Assembly (NCBI GenBank): GCA_002633005.1
Contig: NMRA01000292.1
Location: 484,458-548,457 of the forward strand
Reading direction: 5' to 3'
Length of the DNA: 64,000 nt
Origin: Phoronis australis
Lineage: Eukaryota; Animalia; Phoronida
Shown here: piece after piece, positions 51,401-62,939 of the stretch
Position numbering within the stretch: position 1 is the first letter of the stretch
Layout of the letters: each line of letters begins with the position of its first letter
The notes under the pieces: model-generated
Told to the model about the DNA's origin: nothing
Database searches by the model: none
Seen by the model: the letters and a program-made list of their open reading frames with translations, nothing else
Program-made: the position numbers and the translations under genes

Positions 51401-54057
51401 TCGACTTTTTCCGCTGCGGAAGGCCACAACTGGTAAAGGGAACTTTTGTGAGAGACCTCAACATCACAGAAGAATGTAATGTTGTGCGCAACTGCCCTGA
51501 GAATTGTTCATGTACGACTTTTGAAAAAGTGAGCATGACGGTGATTTCGTGTTCAAATTTGACAAGTCTTCCTGAAGCTGCACCGGAAGGACGTCTTGAA
51601 TTTCATTTGTCGAAAAACTCCATCAATAAAATAGAAAACCGTGACTACCTAACACGTGTATTCAATATGGATCTCAGTTACAATAATATCTCCGTCATAG
51701 ACGAAGATGCGTTTCAAAACATGAAACAAGTTCAGTCAGTTGACCTGCGAGGCAATGGACTTACCACGCTACCCCTCCTACTGAAACAAGGCACTCCAAG
51801 AAATCTTCAAAAAATATTCCTTGGAGAAAACAAATACAATTGCTCCTGTGAGAACGCGTGGATGAAAAATTGGTTGAAAAGAAACAGCAATATCTCGGCA
51901 GGTTTAGAGGACATAGTATGCGACTCACCAAAGAAGTTCAGAGCCATCAAAGTTATCGAAGCCGACATAAATTGTCGCGAGGAATATGGCTTCAAATTCA
52001 CGCAAGAAGTTGTTGTTTCCATCTGCCTGTGTCTTCTTGTTCTTGTTCTTTCTATTATTATCATCATATACCGGGATCTGTTCCGAGTGCTCATGTACGC
52101 ACACTTCAATGTGCGCATCTTCGATCATATTGAAGAAGAGACTGACGCCACCTACGACGCTTTTATTGCCTACAGCAGCTTAGACGGAGAGTGGGTCCGC
52201 AACAAATTGATGCCTCTTCTAGAGAACATCCGCAAACCCTTCAAAGTATGCATACACGAACGAGAATTTCTCCCAGGCAAGTCATTGTTCTTTTTGTGCA
52301 ATTTGACAGGGTACTTGACTAGTTCTCCTGTTGTACGAAACATTGAACTCACTAACACACGCACTCCCTGTGCTACGAACTTATAAAGGTGATCGAATCT
52401 GACCTTTTCTTGGTTAAAGAACGAAGAAACCGTCGGGAATTCTTACTGATTCCTAGGTCTAAACCAGCCCAATTACTGAGCGCTGCCCATCCACTTCTTG
52501 AGTAAGATGACGTCTAAGATCCTCTCGTTTGTATCAAATTACTTTATATGAACCAGGTTGGTTAAACATAAGAACATCTGGAAACAAGTTTTAGGGTGCG
52601 TAAGTCATGTTTTATGAGCATAGATAAGAGATTACAGGCCCGTAAACATAGTTCATTGGGGAGAAACTATATGTTCGTTGGTGCATGAGAGACAGTAGTT
52701 CGAGATAACATGTCAAAACATCATTTTTGTACAACTTACTCTTCTGGGATGAAAGAGTACCTTACAGATGGGGCACAATTCTGGGTAGCGTTCAGTAGCT
52801 GAGTAGCTGTCTCGCGGTTAGAAAAACCTGCCAAAATCACGCGTTCTCATTTAAAATACACGGCAATATCTTGCTTTTCTCAGTGGCCCTAAATAAGTTT
52901 GTGAGCTCTTATAATTTCATAAGGCCTTTACCGGTGTAACTTTAAAAGTAGAAGGTGTATGTATCCGTCTTTATCAAGGCTAACTTTCGAATTACAGACC
53001 CATCATGGTTAGAAACGTTTCCATACTACGATAGAAAATAGATTTCACACCCAAATAGATTATCCGGGGCATCAGCAAGTGTCAGAGTCCATCACGTTTG
53101 AATGAACTGCTTCAAATCATTTGCTGGTGGACGTTGTTGATGTCTGAAACCAATGGTTGCCGCGTTAACTTTTGAAACATTTATTGTTTTGTATTTTAGA
53201 AATGAAATTTTCAACTCAAGTATGTTGTCCTTATCCGCAAAATGTTTATTTCCAATGTATTCTGTTTCTTTTTTCTTTTACTCCTCTCTTATTTATTTAC
53301 ACTTTAGGCCTACTGTACAATAACCAATCCAAGTATTAAATTTACTCCTTGCAGGCTATCAATGCGTTAAATTTCCTGTCGTGTCTGAGTACTGTGTGCA
53401 ACAGTTAACAGGTTCGCTCAGTATCTTTGATTGTGTCTCTCAGAATCCATGTCTCGTTTGATCACAAGATGCTGCGCGTACACAAGATCAACAGTGTTAT
53501 CGAGAGGTGTTTTTTAAAAAGCACAGAAACAAAACAGGGATTGTTTACGTTTCGCAATTTCATCACGAATAACTCGAATTTTTCTTGTTTCGATATTTGA
53601 AAGTATGGAGTTCAAAGTAAAGGTAGAAAACGTAAAATAATCTAACAATTTAAGTAGATGATCGGACACATTGTGACCTTTAATAGAGCTAGAATGTTAT
53701 CTAACTATCATGAGTATTTTTGTAGGACTCTCTGTTGCTGACAACGTACACAGATGTATGGATTTGAGTCGAAGAAATGTTATGGTTGTATCGCAAAATT
53801 TTATCAACAGCGAATGGTGTCGCTTCGAGTTTCAAGCCGCACACGCTGCCACCATGCGGAATAAGTCCAAACGACTTCTCCTCATCATGCTGGAAGACAT
53901 TCGTCAGGCGGACAATCTTGGGGACGACATCAAGTCATACTTGAAAACGAACACATACCTAGAAGCAGAAGAAAGGTGGTTTAAACCAAAACTATTTTAC
54001 TTCATGCCAAGTGTGAAGTCCTGCAAAGTTGAAATCGATCTTAAAACATTAGTCTGA
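48413..54057 (+). CDS. Toll-like receptor, multiple-cysteine-cluster type, 3 coding exons, 912 aa (TLR-B)
   Basis: join(48413-48415,49873-52276,53726-54057). ATG|gtaag joins tttcag|GTCACC to give signal peptide MVTLTFGAIIQVVVLASLCAHFTLG. Same architecture as TLR-A. The TIR is completed across CCAG|gcaagt...tgtag|GACTC (HEREFLPG/LSVADNV..SEWCRFEF..LFYFMP). The 3-nt first exon is inferred. Confidence 0.9.
49873..52276 (+). CDS. TLR-B exon 2 (ectodomain, TM, TIR N-terminal third)
   Basis: Lies within ORF 49879-52386; LRRNT CPSQCKC, LRRs, NPYTCNC, CPENCSC, NKYNCSC, TM, YDAFIAYS. Confidence 0.95.
53726..54057 (+). CDS. TLR-B exon 3 (remainder of TIR)
   Basis: Lies within ORF 53710-54057; SRRNVMVVSQNFINSEWCRFEFQAAH..YLKTNTYL aligns with the TLR-A TIR. 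Confidence 0.93.
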
Positions 54058-54085
54058 AACATTGTTTGTATTCGATCCGTGTTAA

Positions 54086-54470
54086 AGGAGCATGCCACCC
54101 AAAAAACAACCTAATTTGTATCAATTTAGATCGAGTAGTTCTGCTCCGTAACGACACGTACGGTTGCGTTGCCTGACACCTGACGGCAGACGGAGGTGTT
54201 GAAATTATCCAGTGACGTCATCGGTTTCCGGCACAGGCAGTCTGTTCAGCAGTTCACAACACAGGTTACTGGTCACTGTTATCTTATCGCTTGAAGTCAT
54301 CGTTCAACACCAATAAATCATAAAACTTCGATGTAAAACCCTTAAAAATACACAGAGTTCTTATAAAAACGAGTTGTTTTGTTTCGCTCTTACGGATTTA
54401 TTGGTATTTGGACACACCGTAGCCTACAAAGTTCGGTAGGCCAAGGTCCGTAGCAGGAGTTTGGGGTTCC
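54086..54470 (+). mobile_element. TTAA MITE family B, copy 3 (one end only), ~30 bp after the TLR-B stop
   Basis: TTAA|AGGAGCATGCCACCCAAAAAACAACC... aligns with 27922-28290 and with the reverse of ~17850-18210. Confidence 0.88.
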
Positions 54471-57400
54471 GCCATCAAAATACGTGGTTTTTGAGATATC
54501 GAGCAGATAACTCAGGATATAATGACCACTAGGGTGGTTGAAATTGCCTGAAAATCAACTGGCACGGTACAATGACGTCAAATACCTCTGTGTCACGTTT
54601 CGTTAAAATCCGTCACTTAAGTTGGTCCAGTCTAATGCCTAGCTTTAGTCTCTACTAAAACAGCACCTTGTTGAGAGCGAAACGTCACTACGGGTGCTGC
54701 AGTGGTTTTAATCCGCCCAAAGTCGATTGGGGACGATCCATTGTCGTCACATACTACTGTGTTAAGTTTCATTGAAAAGAGAGTTCTGAAGATATCACTC
54801 ATTTTGAAACGATCTTCTCTCAAAAACTACTACTGAAAAAGCCTCTTGTCGAGACCAAAACGGCAACTTGGGTTTTCTGGAGTGGTCGAATCCGCTCAAA
54901 TAACGACTAGTGCCGGGGCTCTGTCGTCACATACCTGTGTCAAGTTTCAATGAATGAACCCACCCATCGGTTCCCTGATATCACCCGAAAACGCTCATCC
55001 CCTAATAACACTAAAAGCGTTGCACGCCCCTCCACCGTCCTCATGCAGTGGAGGGGGCGAAGCGGGGCAGATTGAAAAGTGACACGCAGCGTTCTAGGGA
55101 TGCCCTACACCACAACACCATTAGTGTTAAACTGACTTAGGATCCGACCAGGGGTTTTTAAGCGGCCGGGACAATCGGATAAGATGATGAAAATGTTCGC
55201 CAACATATCTATGTGGGCCCATAAAAACGAGAATTTTTAAAATATGTGAGTGGAACTTGGCTTATCCAGAGCAGTAATCTAGACGTGGACGTGCATTCAT
55301 GCAGTTGCACATAAAACGCAAAAGACCCTAAAACACAAAATTATCCAGTTTAGGATACATACAGCTGCCTGCGTAATACAATGCATGCACCTATATGCGT
55401 GGTGTGAAACACGCGACATTTGAAAAAAAAACACTATTTCACTATTTCTGATAAAAGCGCATGGGGCTACCACATTCCTGACCGCGTACTTCTGGAAATG
55501 TATAAAAACTCTTATAATACAATTTCCTTTTACTACTTTGCTAAACCAAAACATTAATTTCACCATGATCTATACACAGTAAACCTATAACGTCACTCCC
55601 AAACATGAGCCCTGTTCACAAGTTCAAGGTAAAACTTTGTTTATTACTAATCACAAAATTTTTATTGTACCAAGATACCATATAACTCTTACAAAATAGA
55701 AATTGAATATCAGTATCTCTAAACTTTACTGATTGGAAATTTCAATAAAATATGTCATTTTCTGACGTCGCAATTGAGGATTTTGATAATTCAATCAGTA
55801 TATGCGACATTAAACCCGCGATTTCCGTCAAAACAGTAAGTTTTGATTTAGGCCATTGTTTCGGCTCATTATTACGGCGAGGTCAGCAGCGTTCATAATA
55901 ACACATAACACCAGGGACCGAACAGTCTACTGGTTGCTTCAACGGGCTCGATGATTCGTCGTCCATAACTTGATTTATTCCAGTTTGAACTTTTCGGGAC
56001 TTCGCTTTCACCTGAAATTAGGGGTGTGTGGGACTATACACTACCCTCGTATTTTGATATTTTTAACGATAATATTTGCTTAGAATCATTTTTAACATTC
56101 CTAAATATATATATCAATTGAAGAATCGTTATATTTTTGAAGGGTAAAAGATGCTGTTCAAATGAACACATCTGCAAGTAGGAATGCGTAATTTGTTTTC
56201 CAAAAACTTTCTATCTAATAAAAGAACTAATGTCGTCTACGATTATAGAGTAGCCACCGAGTCCAGAACGGGGCTACGTTGTTCCCCTGTTAATTGCAAA
56301 AAGCCCCCGCCCGGTTGAAACCCGTTTATTACAATTTTGCGTGTGACCCCCTCTGCAAAGCGCCCAAGTTTGACACTCATTTCATCGGTTTTAGAAAGTC
56401 ACTAGTCAGTAGCCTACAGTCCACGAACGTTTATCAGGGTATCATTATATTGACAATGCGATGAGACTGACTCTAAGAAGTAGGCCTGTGTGTTTCTCAA
56501 CAGACATTATTCCTATTGCGCACTAAGCAATAATTTATCATACTACAAAATCTAAAAATCAACATAATGCCATATATTGCAATACAAACAATTAAAAATA
56601 CGAGAACTTTGTCGTCTGAAGCAAACAGCTTAGCGTATATGCACGTATTTTGGCCAACGATCCGTGTGTGAAGCTGTGGCCTATCCGAATTTAGGCGCAT
56701 ATTTGGCCGGTGTAAACAAATTTTCCCGGAAATAAGTTTCTCAATAAGTAGAAGTGCCCTGAAGTACTCCGTTATGCACAGACAATTAATTATGTAGAGG
56801 TATTTTCCTTGCAATTTGAAGTTTCTTGAGTGCATGTAGAAATCTAATCACAGCTGGGTTTTTTTACTAACGTTTACAATTTTGACAAAAAAATCCGAAT
56901 CACAGCAATAAATGACACTGGTAAACATTGAGAATCAATATATATATCCTCCAATCACCAGAAAAGTTATGCATGACAAGAGTTTTCAGGAAATTTATTT
57001 ACCACGGGGAGGCCACCGTGACACCGAAAAACTCAAAGTGTTCGAGTTTGAAATTTGCGACAGTGTTGGATAGCTTTGAGTGGAGCTCGAAAAGTAACTC
57101 TACAGGGGATACCTGACAACGCCAACGCTTAAAAGGAAAACTTCCGTGCAGGTCTAGCGCCCATGCGGGAAGCAGTTATGCAAAAACAACGCAGTGTTTC
57201 GTATAGGGGTATTACCTCTCCTGTAAAGAAGGGTTCCGACAGTTGTGGTACACTAGATATACTGAATGCCCTAATACACTGAGTTCTGTTATGATTGTAC
57301 AGACAGGCAAGTTCACCTGGAGTGCGTTCTATACAGAAAAAAACGAAGGAATTTGTTTGCTTTGTTTCATGTAACAGACATCCAGTCCAGATTACACACA

Positions 57401-58316
57401 TATGAAACATAGGGAACACATCTAAGCCAATCAAGCCTTGATAAAAGAATGCATACATAAATCTGAATATAGATTACATTTGAGAATAAGGTGTACTTGT
57501 GACTACACCTGTCCACTAATACCGCAGGGACATAATCTTCTCCTCTCGATCAAGACTTAATAAATCTTCTCTTAACTACAAATAAAGAATGCCTGGAACA
57601 TCTAAATTTTGTGAGAACTATTCTCTAAACATGATAAGTATTCTTCAATGAAAAAATTACTTTCAACAATTTTATAAGTACTTAATGATTGAAAAAAATT
57701 CTGTTTCTCCAATCCTGAATGTTAAGATCACAGCACCATTGGTGAAATTCACTTATAGATGAAGCAGTATTACCTACACGTTGTTGTACATACAGAAACA
57801 ACTCCAAAACCACACTCAACAATGGTGTGATAGAGCCAGCAATACCAATTTTCCTCAACTGTTCATTAGTGAAAGCATGATTAACAAATAAAGATATCAA
57901 AAATTTTAAAAAGACATACATCAGAATCATTGATACTTCCTTTGGGGTATCAAGCACACATTCAACTCAGTCATAAAATCATCCTAAGGGGAAAATACAG
58001 GAATGCCAACCAACCAATAAAACAACACAAATAGGCCATGATAAACAAACAAGTAAAAATTAATATCTAATAATTGTATAACAACACAATTGTATAATTA
58101 CATGGTTACATAATAAATCAACTGAAATGCAGTAGCAGAAATATTGCACTCAATATTAAAAACCCTACTCTCCCTAAGGTATCCACTAACTAATGATGCA
58201 GTCGTGGATTCAGATTTTGTCCAGGGGGTATGGCAAGGGACAAACAAAGTGCACGTTTCAAATTAATTCACTGCAGCAATGTAAAAGTGAGGGAGTAGAG
58301 GTTCAGGATACCTGAC

Positions 58317-58431
58317 CTCTGAGGGATACTCGACTATATTTTAATGGGGGTGCAGCTAGAAAATTAGCCTGGCCTCTGGACTCTGAGAGATACTCGACTA
58401 TATTTTGACAGGGGTGCAGCTAGAAAATTAG
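58317..58431 (+). repeat. Local direct duplication (2 x ~51 bp, 64-bp period)
   Basis: CTCTGAG(G/A)GATACTCGACTATATTTT...GGGGTGCAGCTAGAAAATTAG occurs at 58317 and 58381. Confidence 0.85.
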
Positions 58432-58722
58432 GATACCTCCACATTTAACGTGTGGACTAAAAAAAGGAGCCATTAGTAGGGAGATTCCACGAAAAAGTTA
58501 CATATGTAGCACCAATCATTTTCATTCATATTTTGAAATAAAACCCATTGTTTTGACTTTTTAATGGGCCAAGTTAGTGTTCCTAATTGCATTTCATCAA
58601 ACCATCAAGCACCGAATGAAGTTCACTGACATTACTTCAACACCAATATTCATAACATTGTTGTAAGAAAACAAGGCTGGCATGAAATTTGCAAGAGACT
58701 TTAAAATACAGCAACTCACTGA

Positions 58723-61181
58723 TTACAAGAAATTAAACTGTAATTTATATAGAAACTTCTGACATGTCTGTCCATAATAATATTTGCATTTACGTTTTGG
58801 CTCAGGTGTCTTGACATTGAAGCCCTCGTCCAGCAAATCTTGTTCAAGACATCTTATAAACGCATCCTCATCTGCGACTGAATCCCAAGGTCCAACCTTC
58901 AAGTCAGCCTGCTCTTCAACACAGCTATGAGCTTGATTGAAATTGGCAGCCCGCGGAACAAAAGGAACCCTAAACACATGTATTAAGACATCACCTATTT
59001 TTGTCACCGCAGCTTTTTCAATGCCCAACTCAATCACCTTTCGTTTCACCTCCTTATAGGCAGGAAACTGGGCACGATGCGATTCCTGCACTGTGCGGCG
59101 AGCAACGGATGGGGCTGTCTTGAGACATTCTGCTAAAGGGTCCAGTCCGTAGTACAAAGCCTCTTTGTAGATAGCCTCCGCTAAGTCATTTGGAGGTAGT
59201 GTCTCATGACGCAAAAAGTCTAGAATGTAGCTGAAATATCCACCACGGCTGTCAATAAAGTAGAAGCCATCAGAGTCTTTGTCTAGCTTATGTCGACCGC
59301 TAAACATGGCAGCCAACATGGAGTCTGGATATTTACACAATGTTGATAGTCTGGTGGTAAACTTGACGCCTCCAACATTGAGTGGGATAACAGAAGGTAA
59401 CTGAAAAAGCAAAGTATACTCTGGTGAACAGGTCAGTGTCAGTCAGATGTTAAAGCTGGTAGCTATAAACACACCTATCAAAACTAAAAAATCACTTCTC
59501 ATTCATACAGTCATGAACCATTTTACATTACAAAGCTAGTCTCAAATTATTTACACAGATAAGAAGTGATTTTTGAGCATGGGAGAACTGACAGTCTGCT
59601 TTTGTTTATGACAAGGCTCCATCAGTTTGGCTTGACCTGGTGGGTTATGTTATATGTCCAGAATGACAAGGCTCAATCTGCTTGGCTTGACCTGGCGGGT
59701 TTTGTTATAGATCAAGAGTGACAAGGCTCAATCAGCTTGGCTTGACCTGGCGGGTTTTGTTATAGGTCAAGAGTGACAAGGCTCAATCAGCTTGGCTTGA
59801 CCTGGCAGGTTATGTAATATGTCAAGAATGGCCTCAAGCTAAGGAACTGCCAGTCATTACACTTACATCCAGTTTAATGTGATTATTCCATATGAGACTG
59901 GTTTTCAAATGCAGACATCAACATGACTTATTGTTTATCCTTTTCATTATTCTTTTGTCTAGCATCACATATATACACAGGCTAATTATCTACAACACCA
60001 TGACCCAGAATGCCCATGACAGCAAAATTTTGAAAGTGGGGTTGAACTTTTCCCTGAATAATTACCATACTGTTATCCAACATAAACAACATCCCTCAAG
60101 GCCAGGCGTTTTATGACTTGTGGTTTCAGTGCAGACAATACCAAAGATACTATAAAATAACTATAAAATCTTTGACAATACTAAAGAAAAGACTGGCCTC
60201 CTTGAATGATGAGGTCACATAGAACCCTTCACATGAATGCAAGGAGCATTAGGAATTGTTTGTGGATTTGTTTTGTTTAAAGAACTCTAAATATTGATTT
60301 TTATGCTACTAAAAATCTGACAATATCTTCCAACACTACTGAAATTTTTGTGTTGTTTCAGAGGTATCACTCTCTGACAAGATAGATCTTACTAGTATCT
60401 AGATGTGGTTTGCAAGGCCATTGTGCGTTGGACCGAATCTGATCTCTGAGTTACGCTCCACCTCAGTAACGATATTGTAAGTGGGTTAGCCTGCTCATGA
60501 AACTTCTATGGCAATGCTTCAAAGAGTTACTATCGAAGTCATCGCTAATGCGATAATTGTTCCACTCCACACAAAAGGAACTTCAATAAGTGTTTGTGAC
60601 GATGCTAGTGAATGACTCTCACAGTTCTTGTACATATCTAGATGCCTTGGAATAGGTTGTGTTTTTCACGCCTTTTCAAATGCAGAGCTGCTTCACACTT
60701 GAACTAGGTCAAGGATCAGCTGGCATCCCGTACTGGCAATTACAAGGCCTTGAATGATGCTAACTGACACTTGACTGCCAAATAACTGCTCAATGCCAAC
60801 CTGGTTCAGTTGTTAGTATCAAGTTGATACATGCACACAAAGCAGAAATGCCTAATAAACCATTTACTTAGTGAGTGAAGGCACCTGTCGTGATTGCCCT
60901 GAGTATTTGTTCCCCTTGGCCTTGGAAAAGACTTCAAAGACATTGGCAGCCTCCAAAAGAGCCTGTCTATGCAAAGCATGTACTGAAAGCAATGTAACTT
61001 AGACTGGTTTAGCAAGGGTGAGCTACAACCCAGTCATATAAGTGGTATATGTCTTTCCCTGTTCAGCTGTCAGGTAACAGCAACAGTGAGCAACAGTGCA
61101 TCTCTGACCTGTTTCCCCGAGACCAAAACAAAACGTCAACAATCAACATCGCGTTTACACTTCGATTGTTACCTTGTCCAT
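58723..61181 (-). CDS. BTB/POZ (T1-type) protein, KCTD7/KCTD14-like, 2 coding exons, 228 aa
   Basis: complement(join(58723-59400,61173-61181)): ATGGACAAG|gtaac ... tttttcag|TTACCT gives MDK-LPSVIPLNVGGVKFTTRLSTLCKYPDSMLAAMFSGRH..YFID..ILDFLR. The C-terminal VGPW..LEQDL..GF matches the KCTD7/14 clade. Confidence 0.9.
59609..59830 (+). repeat. Minisatellite, 4 x 55 bp, in the KCTD intron
   Basis: TGACAAGGCTC... starts at 59609, 59664, 59719 and 59774. Confidence 0.95.
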
Positions 61182-61607
61182 GGCATTTATTGAATTACAC
61201 GGGGAAATTTTAATCCTCGGAATGGCAACATCTTCTATCCCGTTATCCATTACCAACTTCATTTTTTAAAATAGATGTAAATAACGACGCATGCTTGCGT
61301 ATTTGCATCTGGACTCGCGAAACGTCTTATACTAAGTGCGCTGTGTATTCTGCACCTTCGAGATCCTAACCTGTGGCCACGGTCAACTTTTGTCGTAAAT
61401 TACAGCATGACTGTTCTTGTTAACTGTTTTAACATTTTAGTATAGATATATTGTAAAAAAATAATAAGCCTGATAACTGTGTAGAGTAATAAGTCTGCAA
61501 ATATCAAACTTTAAGTCTTCAAATTTTGTCATGTGGCGTTTGATTACATATTTTGGTTCATTAAGCGCCCTCTGTTATTAGCCGGTTCACGTCGCATTTG
61601 GTGCAAT
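61182..61607. promoter_or_regulatory. Putative bidirectional promoter between the KCTD-like gene and DDX1
   Basis: Divergent start codons separated by 426 bp; contains octamer ATTTGCAT (61301-61308) and a CTCGCGA core (61314-61320). Confidence 0.65.
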
Positions 61608-62939
61608 ATGACTGCTTTCGAAGGTACAAATTCGGTTTTAAGATAAAATTGCGTTGTGAAGCCACTGCTTCATTTGAAGCCTTCGCCGTTTTGGGGCAAC
61701 AGTTAATTAGGAACGCATTTTTGACAGGGCGGTGGTGGTCATGACCCATATCCTTCTCATGGGAGCTTGTGATGTTTGTGCTTGCCTAGGACAGTGACCA
61801 CAGTCCTACTGGCACCGACAGTAGGACGGTGGAGCTCCTATAGGCGCTTCATACTCCGGAAGCTTTTCCAGAATTATTCCTTGCACTGACTAAAACATCA
61901 AAGTCACATTGTTATAAATACTTTTTGCTTACAAAGGGACACATTAGGAGGCTGTCGATGTATGTAAGTCCTTCCAACTCGAACGAATACTCCCGTCATC
62001 AAACTTTTTCTTCGTGCAGTCACTCGTTCAGTTCCCAAGATCGGTAACTCACCATTTTTAACACTGCGCACGCCAGGTGGTATGACATCATATCCCCAGT
62101 GACCTGGCTCAGTAGAGACGCTGTAGCTCCCATAGGCGCGTCATTCGCCGAATATTTTTCATCGAATTATGCCTCACATCGACTAAAACATCAGTCACGT
62201 TGTTATAAATACCTTATGCAAATAGAGGGACAGCTTAGGAGGCCGTCAATGTCTTTAATTCATTCCAGCTTGAACAAATACTCCGTTATCAAACTTTTCT
62301 TCAAGCATCCCTCGTTCAGTTCCCAAAATCATGAACTGGCCGTTTTTACACTTTGCACACTAGGGGATATGACGTCATACCACTTGCCTCACGCAGTGAT
62401 GAAAACGCTGAATGAAGGACTGCTTGAAGAAAAGGTTTGATAATTGGAGTATTTGTTTGAGTTTGTAGGAATTAAAGACATTGACGGCTTGCTGAGGTGT
62501 CCATTAATATGCATAAGGTATTTATAACAACATGACTGATGTTTTAGTTGGTGTGAGGCAGGAGGAAGAGCTACAACGTCTCTATTGAGTGAGCTAGAGG
62601 CAGACAAGAGAATTTGTATTTGCACCAAATCGAAGTTTTTCCATATTCAACTTAGTACCATTGAAAAATTAGGGTATTTACAACAATCTTAGATGTCCTT
62701 GATAAATGAGAAAGGCAATTTTGGCAAATATTGCTGTCCGAAATCGGTGAGATTTTATCGTAATCTGTGAATATGCGCAGTGTTATCAAAGGTTATAAAT
62801 TTTTAACAAATCTCCCCTGCATTAATGAATGGCAATATCCCTGGGTTTCTGCATTATATTTTATTGAATCATGGTTTCCATTTTCAGAAATGGGTGTTAT
62901 GCCTGAAATAGGCAAAGCTGTAGAGGAAATGGATTGGAG
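61608..62939 (+). CDS. DDX1: ATP-dependent RNA helicase DDX1, first two coding exons (gene continues beyond the window)
   Basis: join(61608-61623,62888-62939): ATGACTGCTTTCGAAG|gtac ... ttttcag|AAATGGGT...TGGAG|gtat = [22 protein letters not shown], matching the conserved DDX1 N-terminus (human [22 protein letters not shown]). Confidence 0.9.
61832..62595. repeat. Three copies of a ~200-270-bp repeat (direct, direct, inverted) in DDX1 intron 1
   Basis: GACTAAAACATCA..GTCAC(A/G)TTGTTATAAATAC...CAAACTTTT.CTTC at ~61832-62095 and ~62106-62385, and its reverse complement at ~62405-62595. Confidence 0.85.

Noticed and set aside
52277-52386. TLR-B as a pseudogene or naturally TIR-less single-exon gene, with 53710-54057 as a separate TIR-only gene
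   Set aside because: A consensus GC donor and an in-phase acceptor join the two into a complete TIR colinear with TLR-A.
59609-59830. Regularly spaced repeats resembling a CRISPR array (also 4130-4500 and 13270-13460)
   Set aside because: The whole unit repeats with no unique spacers, there are no cas genes, and the context is eukaryotic. These are minisatellites.
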